NCBI GenBank assembly: GCA_038087875.1
Contig: JAXLNO010000127.1
Location: 1-64,000, forward strand
Length of the DNA stretch: 64,000 nt
Direction: 5' to 3'
Origin: Malacoraja senta
Taxonomy: Eukaryota
The position numbers and the translations under genes are program-made. Numbering within the stretch: the stretch's first letter is position 1; every line of letters starts with the position of its first letter. This document shows, in pieces, positions 52,742-62,715 of this stretch. The notes beneath the pieces were generated by a model. The model was not told where the DNA came from. It saw only the letters and a program-made list of their open reading frames with translations, and made no database searches.

Positions 52742-53782
52742 CAATAGACAATAGGTGCAGTAGTAGGCCATTTGGCCCTTAGAGCCTGCACCACCATTCA
52801 ATGTGATCATGGCTTATCATCCCCAATCAGTACCCCGTTCCAGCCTTCTCCCCATATCCCCGGACTCCGCTATTTTTAAGAGCCCTATCTAGCTCTCTCT
52901 TGAAAGCATCCAGTGAACCTGCCTCCACCGCCCTCTGAGGCAGAGAATTCCACAGACTCACCACTCTCTGTGAGAAAAAGTGTTTCCTCGTCTCCGTTCT
53001 AAATGGCTTACTCCTTATTCTTAAACAGTAGCCCCTGGTTCTGGACTCCCCCAACATCGGGAACATGTTTCCTGCCTCTAGCGTGTCCAAGCACTTAACA
53101 ATCTTATATGTTTCAATAAGATATCCTCTCATCCTTCTAAACTCCAGAGTGTACAAGCCCAGCTGCTCCATTCTCTCAGCATATGACAGTCCCGCCATCC
53201 CGGGAATTAACCTTGTAAACCTACGCTGCACTCCCTCAATAGCAAGAATGTCCTTCCTCAAATTAGGGGACCAAAACTGCACACAATACTCCAGGTGTGG
53301 TCTCACTAGGGCTCTGTACATCTGCAGAAGGACCTCTTTGCTTCTATATTCGATTCCTCTTGTTATAAAGGCCAACATGCCATTCGCTTTCTTTACTGCC
53401 TGCTGTACCTGCATGCTTACTTTCACAGACTGATGTACAAGGACCCCCAGATCCGTTGTACTTCCCCTTTTCCCAACTTGACGCCATTTAGATAGTAATC
53501 TGCTTCTTGTTTTTGCTACCAAAGTGGATAACCTCACATTTATCCGCATTAAACTTCATCTGCCACGCATTTGCCCACTCCCCCAACCTGTCCAAGTCAC
53601 CCTGCATTCTCATAGCATCCTCCTCACAGTTCACACTGCCGCCCAGCTTTGTGTCAGCTGCAAATTTTCTAATGTTACTTTGAATCCCTTCATCCAAATC
53701 ATTGATGTATATTGTAAATAGCTGCCGTCCCAGCACCGAGCCTTGAGGTACCCCACTAGCACTGCCTGCCATTCTGAAAGGG
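52742..53782 (-). mobile_element. CR1 LINE 3' part
   Basis: ORFs 53488-53772 and 52827-53549. Confidence 0.9.
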
Positions 53783-53892
53783 AGGTAGGTTTGCCACTGC
53801 TACATGGGTGGTTTTCAAGGACGGAGTTGAAGGGAAAGAGAGTAAAGGGATAGTTAATTACCCCAGCATTAACGGGGAAGAAAGCTCACAAA

Positions 53893-56800
53893 GGGATAGG
53901 AGAGTATGGCCAAATATAAGAAGTAAAGTAGATGAGCTTGAGGCTCAGTTAAAGGTTGGTAGATATGACATTGTGGGGATTACTGAGGTGGCTGCAGGAG
54001 GATTGGGCCTGGGAACTTAATATTCAGGGTTATACATCCTATAGAAAGGACAAAGTGTTAAAGAAGGAACTGCAGATGCTGGAAAATCGAAGGTACACAA
54101 AAATGCTGGAGAAACTCAGCGGGTGCAGCAGCATCTATGGAGCGAAGGAAATAGGCAACGTTTCGGCCCGAAACGTTGCCTATTTCCTTCGCTCCATAGA
54201 TGCTGCTGCACCCGCTGAGTTTCTCCAGCATTTTTGTGTACCTATGGAAAGGACAGGTAGGTGGGCAGAGGAGGGGGGGGGGGGGTAGCTCTGCTGGTGA
54301 GGGATGGAATTCAGTCCCTTGCGAGGGAAGACATAGGGACTGATGAGATAGAGTCATTGTGGATTGAGTTGAGGAACTGTAAAGGCAAGAAGACACTAAT
54401 TGGTGTTATATACAGACCCCCAAATAGTAGCCCGGATGTAGGGTGTAAGTTGCAGCAGGAGTTAAAACTGGCATGTAACAAAAGTAATGCCACTGTGGTG
54501 ATGGGGGATTTCAACATGCAGGTCGACTGGGAAAATCAGGTTGGTTCAGGACCCCAAGAAAGAGAGTTTGTAGAGTGCCACTGAGATGGATTCTTAGAGC
54601 AGCTTGTAATGGAGCCGACCAGAGAAAAGGCAATATTGGATTTAGTGTTGTCCAATGAACCAGATTTGATAAGAGAACTCGAGGTAAAGGAACCGCTTGG
54701 AGGTAGTGATCATAATATGTTTAGTTTTAATCTGCAATTTGAGAAGGAGAAGGTTAAATCGGAAATGTCAGTGATGCAGTTGAACAAAGGGGACTATGAA
54801 GGCATGAGAGAGGAGCTGGCCAAGGTAGACTGGAAAGGGATCCTAGCAGGAATGGCGGTGGAACAGCAATGGCAGGAATTTCTGGGCATAATCCGGAAGA
54901 CGCAGGATTATTTCATTCCAAAAAGGAATAAAGATTCTAAGGGGAGTAGGAGGCAACCGTGGCTGACAAGAGAAGTTAAGGATAGAATAAAACTAAAAGA
55001 AAAGATGTATAACACAGCAAAGAGTAGCCGGAAGCCAGAGGATTGGGAAACTTTCATCGGACAACAGAAGAAAACAAAACGGGCAATATGGGCTGAAAAG
55101 ATGAAGTACGAAGGGAAGCTGGCCAGGAATATAAAGAAGGACAATAAATGCTTCTTTAGATATCTTAAGGGAAAAAGAGTAGTAAAGTCAAATGTGGGTC
55201 CCTTGAAGGCAGACACAGGTGAAATTATTTTTTATGTTTAAGAAGGAACTGCAGATGCTGGAGAAACTCATCGGGTGAGGCAGCATCTATGAAGGAAGGA
55301 TTATTTGTTGTACATGACGGCTGATAGGGTGGAAGGTGAGGACTAGGGGGACTCTGCCCTTGTTACGAGTGGGGGGATGGGGGGAGAGAGAGCAATGTGA
55401 CGGGGTATGGAAGAAACCCTGGTGAGAGCCTCATCTATGGTAGAAGAGGGGAACCCCCGCTCCCTGAAGAATGAGGACATCTCCGATGCCCTCGTGTGGG
55501 TAACAAGGAAATGGCAGAAGAGTTGAACAGGTACTTCGGATCACAAACAATCTCCCAGATGTACTGGAGGACAGAAGATCTATGGGGGTAGAGGAACTGA
55601 AAGAAATTTTCATTAGGCGAGAAATAGTATTGTGTAGGCTAATGGGACTGAAGGATGATAAATCCCCTGGGCCTGATGGTCTGCATCCCTGGGTCCTCAG
55701 GGAGGTGGCTCTAGAAATAGTGGATGCATTGGTGATCATTTTCCAATGTTCAATAGATTCAGGATCATTTCCTGTGGATTGGAGGATAGCTAATGTTATC
55801 CCACTTTTCAAGAAAGGAGCGAGAGAGAAAATGGAGCATTACAGACCAGTTAGCATGACCGGCGGTGGGAAGGATGCTGGAGTCAATTATTAAAGAGGTA
55901 ATAATGGGGCATTTGGATAGTAGTAAAAAGATTAGTCCAAGTCAACATGGCTTTATGAAAGGGATAATCATGCTTCACTAATCTTCTGGAAATTTTTGAG
56001 GATGTGACAAGTAAAATGGATGAAGGGGTGCCAGTAGATGTAGTGTATCTAGACTTTCAGAAAGCCTTTGATAAGGTCCTGCACGGGAGTGGTGACTAAA
56101 ATTAGAGCACATGGTATTGGGGTAAGGTGTTGACATGGATAGAAAATTGTTTGGCAGACAGGAAGCAAACAGTAGGAGTGAACGGGTCCTTTTCAGAATG
56201 GCAGGCAGTGGCGAGTGGAGTGCCGCAAGGCTCGGTGTTGGGGTCGCAACTGTTTACCATATATATTAATGATTTGGAAGAGGGAATTAGGAGCAACACC
56301 AGCAAGTTTGCAGATGACCCAAAGCCGGGTGGCAGTGTGAACTGTGAAGAGGATGTTAGGAGGTTGCAGGGTGACCTGGACAGGTTGAGTGAGTGGGCAG
56401 ATGTGTGGCAGATGTAGTATAATATAGATAAATGTGAGGTTATCCACTTTGGTGGCAAAAACAAGGGGGCAGAATATTATCTCAATGGGGTTAGGTTAGG
56501 TAAGGGGGAGGTGCAGCGGGACCTGGGCGTCCTTGTACACCAGTCACTGGAAGTTGGCATGCAGGTATACAGCAGGCAGTGAAGAAAGCTAATGGAATGT
56601 TGGCCTTCATAACAAGAGGATTTCAGAATAGGAGTAAAGAGGTTCTTCTGCAGTTGTATAGGGCTCTGGTGAGACCACATCTGGAGTATTGTGTACAGTT
56701 TTGGTCTCCTAATTTGAGGAAGGACATCCTTGTGATTGAGGCAGTGCAGCGTAGGTTCATGAGATTGATCCCTGGGATGGTAGGACTGTCATATCAGGAA

Positions 56801-57228
56801 AGATTGAAAAGACTAGGCTTGTATTCACTGGAGTTTAGAAGGATGAGGGGAGATCTTATGGAAACATATAAAATTATAAAAGGACTGGACAAGCTAGATG
56901 CAGGAAAAATGTTCCCAATGTTGGACGAGTCCAGAACCAGGGGCCACAGTCTAAGAATAAAGGGGAAGCCATTTAAGACTGAGGTGAGAATTTTTTTTTT
57001 CACCCAGAGAGTTGTGAATTTGTGGAATTCCCTGCCACAGAGGGCAGTGGAGGCCAAGTCACTAGATGGATTTAAGAGAGAGTTAGATAGAGCTCTAGGA
57101 ATCAAGGGATATGGGGAGAAGGCAGGCACGGGTTATTGATTGGAGACGATCGGCCATGATCACAATGAATGGTGGTGCTGGCTCGAAGGGCTGAATGGCC
57201 TCCTCCTGCACCTATTTTCTATGTTTCT
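53893..57228 (+). mobile_element. CR1 LINE near-complete ORF2, interrupted by two PLE-derived inserts (54053-54240 and about 55235-55495)
   Basis: ORFs 54261, 54609, 55582, 56127 and 56579; same subfamily as 2534-5420. Confidence 0.95.
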
Positions 57229-57371
57229 TAGTGGTCAGCAGTCAAGCAAAAACTATCCAATCCCTCTGCCAGAGTTTAGCAGTTCTCTGCAAACCTGCAT
57301 ATTTCTTGAAGGATTTATGATTAACTTTGTCTATTCAGTGATATGATTATGATTATTTTTTCTCTTGTTAG

Positions 57372-57484
57372 GTGGCACTGTGATCCACACGCGCTGCACA
57401 GAGACGTTAGAGACCAAGACTGTTCTTAGTCTGTTTGGCATTCCACTGTGGTACCAATCTCACTCACCCAGAGCTGTCATTCAG
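57372..57484 (+). CDS. SUN2: SUN2-like coding exon 14, SUN domain incl. KASH-lid (GGTVIHTRCTETLETKTVLSLFGIPLWYQSHSPRAVIQ)
   Basis: Diagnostic SLFGIPLWY.S.SPR motif; ttgttag acceptor, CAG|GTATAT donor. The CDS continues beyond the window. Confidence 0.97.
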
Positions 57485-58295
57485 GTATATAATCCTTGTA
57501 CTGCTGCTCCTGTCTTGAAAGCAGTGACCTTCGAATCCTCTCCTAGAGGCAGAAAGGTACAGGGACGGTCCACAACTTCAAGATTTGCTGCTGGGGCACC
57601 ACAACTAGTGTGTGTCTTCTGCTTTCCCCAGGTTTATGTGAAACATACTCTGTCTGCATAACAGTTCTTCCCAGTCAGAAGAATGCAAGATATATTGATA
57701 TATATGTCGAAAAAAGTCATGTATTGGCCCATCATGTGTGCTTGTTCAGTACCACAGTTGTGGGATATGGAACAGAAACATGGAAATTATGAACAGGAGT
57801 AAGCAATGTGGCCCTTCAAGCCCACTCAACCCCTCAGTGTGATCATGGCTGATCATCCAAATTGATCCCCAGTTGGGGGACTCCCCATACCTTTCTCCCC
57901 CATACCTCTTGGTCCCTCTAGCTACAAGAACAATATTTAACACATGAGTATATTCAACGATCTGATTTCAATTGCATTCCATGATAGAGAATTCTTGGTT
58001 TCTTGGTCATCCAAAATATTCCAAATGGAATTTAAACTGGAGATGGTAGTTCACCACTCTGGATGAAGAGATTTCTCCCCCTCTGAGTTCTACATGACCT
58101 CGCCTTATCCTTGCACTGTGAAACTGGTCCTGAAACTCCCCAGCATCAGGAACATCTTACCTCTAATCTGTCCAGTCCTGTTAGAACTTCTACATTTTGT
58201 AGGTTTCTATAAAATTATCATTCCTTCCGAACTCCATTAAATATTGACCAAATTGCTCTTCAGACGTCAGCCCTGCCATCCCTATAGTTAATCTG

Positions 58296-59335
58296 TAGGT
58301 ATGTTACAAAACTTACCTTCAGTCGCGCTGTAATTCTGCCACTGGCCGTGCGCGCGATTTTTGCGCCTTTAAGGGGGGGCGGGGTTAAAACGCGGGTTTC
58401 TCCTCCCTTGTCCTGGTTAATATTTTGTTGGAGTACAAGCGTTGGCTGACAAATCGTTCCTAGTGGCCTTTTGTGTATTTTTTATTTTTATTAAATCGTC
58501 AATGTCAGCGCTAGAGTAATTTTAAAATCAGCTCCTGAAGCGTCAACGCCGATAACGGGGACGGATTTCACACACGGGACAGGTAAACGAAAGTGGTTTC
58601 TTTAAATGTATAAAAGTGCTTCTTAAGAAGCCTTTAATTCACATTTTTTCATGCGACACGGTGATTTTATTCCCCGAATTAACGGCAGTATTTTTCATGC
58701 CAATACGGGGTTAAATTCACTGCAAATGAACGTTCCAAAAGATCGCGTTCCAGAAATTGTCACTCACAAGATGATATAAATGCCCATTAATTTACAGGTA
58801 TTAAACATTCAATTCCTGCCATTTGGCCTGTAAATTCATGAAAATGAGATTTAAAAATTATGTTATATTCTGAATTATTGTGTGAATGTTATTTGGACAC
58901 TTAGGCTATTTAAAAATGTTAATCTATTCTTAAGAAATTGATAGATGTTTAGATCTAGTAATTGAATTTTGTAATTAGCTACAATTAGGTAACTAACTAA
59001 TTATATGCTTTACTTTCATGTCTTCTAAGTAAGATTGTTTCATATTTGTTTCAGAATGCTTCAATCTATAATAACTGACATTTTTTTCAGTTATCATAAT
59101 TTTTAAGAAAGTTATGGGCTTTTAACTGTCCTCGATCACAGCTTTTGTGTTAAGTCAATGGAAAAGCAATAGGGAACAAGATGCTAATTTCCGAGTATGA
59201 AAATGGCCATAACTTCTTTAATACTGAAGATATGAAAGTGAATTAGGTGTCAAATTAAACTTCTTTTTATGCTTTATCTGATGGGATAAATTGCAGACTT
59301 TATTTTTAAAATCTCAAAATTTTGTAACATTGCTA
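58296..59335. mobile_element. Complete 1040-bp non-autonomous TIR DNA transposon with 7-bp TSD
   Basis: TIR TAGGTATGTTACAAAA / TTTTGTAACATTGCTA (14/16); TAATCTG at 58289-58295 and 59336-59342. Inserted in an old CR1. Confidence 0.85.
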
Positions 59336-60156
59336 TAATCTGCTGCACTTTTGATGTGTTCCCTCCATAGCAAAAATATCCTTCCTGAAGGAAAAATGGG
59401 CTCCTTCCATCTGCTTTAACCAAACTACGATGCTTTATGCTCCCCATTCCCCTCACCTGAATGTAGATTGCCAGTGTGTTTGTCAAATCTTCAATTGAGT
59501 TTAGATTATTAAAATCCACTTATGGAGTCATATAGCACAGAAACAGGCCCTTTGTGCCCAACACGTCCACGTCAGCCATCAAGTACCCGTACAACTAATC
59601 CCATTTGCCAGCTTTTGCCTGAAGCTTACAGAGGTGCCTAAATCCAGAGGGTATAGGTTTTTAAGCAAAGAAAGATTTAGAGGAAATCGGAGAAAGCATA
59701 TTTTGGGTTGCATTTGATCACACTGCCCGAGACGGAGGTCCTGCTGATTCAGGTACTTGTCCTGATACTTTGCAAATGGTGTGAGAGTATCTGTCTTGGG
59801 GACAAGGTGTTAAAAATGTCTCAGTAACTCTTGTTCTCTGTATTAACTTAATAATTGTCACATCATGAACCAAAAGCAGCAATGGGCTCTGCTGGAAAAT
59901 TCTAGCACGATTTCTCATTGTGCAGGGTTGAGGTAAATTGGCAGAAATCATAGAGGGATAGAGACTGCAGATTCCTGCCATAGCAACCTCCACCCAACAA
60001 CCCATCCCTGTTCCCAAAATAACCCTTGACACCCGTTCTAATCAAGAATTTATCTATCCCTGCCTTAAAAGTACAGGGTTGCCAACATTGGGTGAGAGTT
60101 GGGAGTGAGAAATTGCGAGAGACCAAGCCTGAGGGATGCACTGAGCCACAGCCTGA

Positions 60157-60321
60157 AGGGCCTGTCCCACTTAGGCGATCTTTTGGGCGACTACAAGCGA
60201 CAGGAGCAACAGTTTTTGCAGTCGGACATTGTCATAGGTTGTCGCGAGGTGTTGTAGGTGAATGCTAGTAAAACTAGTCCCTGACAGTCGCCTAAAGAGT
60301 CGCCTCAATGGGACAGGCCCA
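60157..60321. mobile_element. PIF/Harbinger-type MITE
   Basis: TIR GGGCCTGTCCCA / TGGGACAGGCCC; flanks TGA / TAA. Confidence 0.7.
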
Positions 60322-60723
60322 TAAATGCGTGGGAATAACGTAGATCAGGGGAGCCGCGACCAGCTGCGTCACTCGTTGTCCAGCCCTCTCTTCAAGTCAC
60401 TGATGGACGCAAAAAGCCGGAGTAACATCCAATTTCCTCTCTGTGTCTGTGGACTGACTCCAAGCACCAGAGGCCCATTGATCTGCAGCGCTGCTCTATA
60501 CGTGATTGGCTTTGTGGAGATCAGAGCCAGTTGTCACCGTGTCCCGGCACTCGGCCCTACACAGCCCTGCTAGCCGGACAGGGCTCAGTTTAGAGATACA
60601 CCGCGGAAACAGGCCCTTCGGCCCACCGAGTCCGCACCGACCAGCGACCCCAACACATTAACACTATCCTACACACACTAGGGACTTTACACTTATACCA
60701 AGCCAATTAACCCGACCTTCAGT

Positions 60724-60751
60724 CTGAAGAAGGGTCTCGACCCGAAACATC
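60724..60751 (+). ncRNA. Minimal hammerhead ribozyme-like motif in a PLE-derived repeat
   Basis: CUGAAGA-A-GGGUC-UC-GACCC-GAAAC-AUC. Core and helix II are intact; helix I is weak; activity untested. Confidence 0.5.
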
Positions 60752-61235
60752 ACCCATTCCTTCCCTCCAGAGATGCTGCCTGACCTGCTGAGTTACTCCA
60801 GCACTTTGTGTCTATCAGTTTAAACCAGCATCTGCAGTTCCTTCCTGCACGTGTACCTGTCCAAATGCCATTTAAATGTCATTGTGGTCATTTCAAGTGT
60901 AGAATGAAGACAAGAATGTTTAGCTGTCGCGTGCAGCGACATCAGAACAATGACAATCTCAGTTGCTGCACCTTAACAGGCCGATTAAAGCAACAACACA
61001 TAGATACATGTAAATAGATTGATTTAGTTTACTATTGCCACCTGTAGCGAGGTACAGGGAGAAGCTTTTGTTGCGTGCTATCCGGTAAATGCAAGCAAGC
61101 CGCTCACAATGTACAGATAAAGGAGAACGGGCGCAACATATATAATCAATAATACAATGGATTAATAATCAGTAATATTGGGTAATCATCCCGGCATATC
61201 AGCGGAGGCCCAATATTCGCATTGCAATTAATGCC

Positions 61236-61500
61236 CCACAGCGCCGGAGACCCGGGTTCGATCCTGGTCTCGGGTGCTGTCTGTGTGGAGTTTGCACGTT
61301 CTCCCTGTGACCGCGTGGGTTTCCTCCCACATCCCAAAGACGTGCGGGTTTGTAGGTTAATTGGCCGTCTGTAAATTGCCTAGTGTGTAGGGAGTGGATG
61401 AGAAAGTGGGATAACATAGAACCAGTGTGAACGGGTGATCGATGGTCAGCACAGACTCGAGGGGCCGAATGGCCTGTTTCCATGCTGTATCTTTGAACTA
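61236..61500 (+). mobile_element. HE1-like V-SINE
   Basis: B box GGTTCGATCC, core and CR1-like 3' end. Confidence 0.8.
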
Positions 61501-61578
61501 ATTATAATATTGAACAAATCAAGACTTACCTATCAGATTTGAACATGAACAATATTATCCCAAGGTTGCAGAGTATTT

Positions 61579-62715
61579 TTTTTAAATTTTTTTTTAAAAA
61601 TATTTTTATTTTATTAGAAGTAAGTACAATTGTATACAATCATATTTTCATAATACCTTTTATGTACAGCTTCTTATTTTAAAATTTTTTTGAAATAAAG
61701 AAGAAAAAGAAAAAAGTTAGATAATGAAAAATAGAAAAATGTGAGATATATAGTGTGTGAAAAAGAAAAATAAAGAATGAAATAAGAAAGTTGAGACATA
61801 GAAAATAGAAGAAAGAGAATAAATGAAAAGAAAAGAAGAAAAGAAAATAGAAGATCATTTATAATCTTGACCATCCGCAGTCACGGATTAGCTTTTACAC
61901 CTGTTTTGCACCATACGTTTCCAAAAAGATGACAAATGGAGACCAACTCGTTATGAATTGGTCAAATTTATCTGTTAGGAGGAATCGCATTTCCTCAAGA
62001 TGTGCGGTATCCAACATACTTGCAATCCACATTTTGAGCGTTGGTATTGGTGTATTTTTCCAAAATTTCAATATTAATTTTTTTGCTATTATTAAACCAT
62101 AATTAAAAATTGACTTTTGAGATGAGCTCAATTTGTTCCCGTCTTCCATTACCCCAAATATAATCAATTCATTATTGGGTTCCATTTTTGTCTTAAATAA
62201 TTTTGTAAATATTTTGAAAATATCACTCCAAAATCCATGAAGTTTTATACAAGAAACAAAAGAGTGTGTTATAGTTGCTTCTTGGATTAAACATTTATCG
62301 CAAATGGGCGATATATTTGGATAAAATTTATTTAATCTTGTTTTTGAGTAATATAATCTATGTAAAATTTTAAATTGGATTAGATTATGTCTTGCATTAA
62401 TCGAACACTTGTGAATGTATGTCAAATACTTTTCCCATGTAGCCTTCGTAATTTTTATCAATAATTCCCGTTCCCACTCTTCTCTAATTACCTCGGTCAC
62501 AGGTAAATCTATATTTAAGATACTATTATATAAATATGCTATTAATTTTTGTGTATCAGCTTTTATATTCATTACTTCTTCTAGTAAATCAGGAGTTATT
62601 TTTTGATATCCCTGTATGTATGTCTTCAAAAAATTACAAATCTGAAAATATTTAAAATAATGAGTGTTTTTCAGTTTAAATTTTAATTGTAATTGTTGAA
62701 ATGATAATAAATCTC
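61579..62715 (-). mobile_element. L1-clade LINE, 5'-truncated, C-terminal ORF2 frame open
   Basis: ORF 61895-62746 with QFKILHRLYY, CDKC...H...C and KKLILKFWK; T-rich tail on the left. Confidence 0.9.

Noticed and set aside
5992..59342. A single 53-kb composite transposon carrying the gene
   Set aside because: The outer flanks (TGTAATG vs TAATCTG) are not a TSD, and the right copy has its own complete TIRs and TSD.
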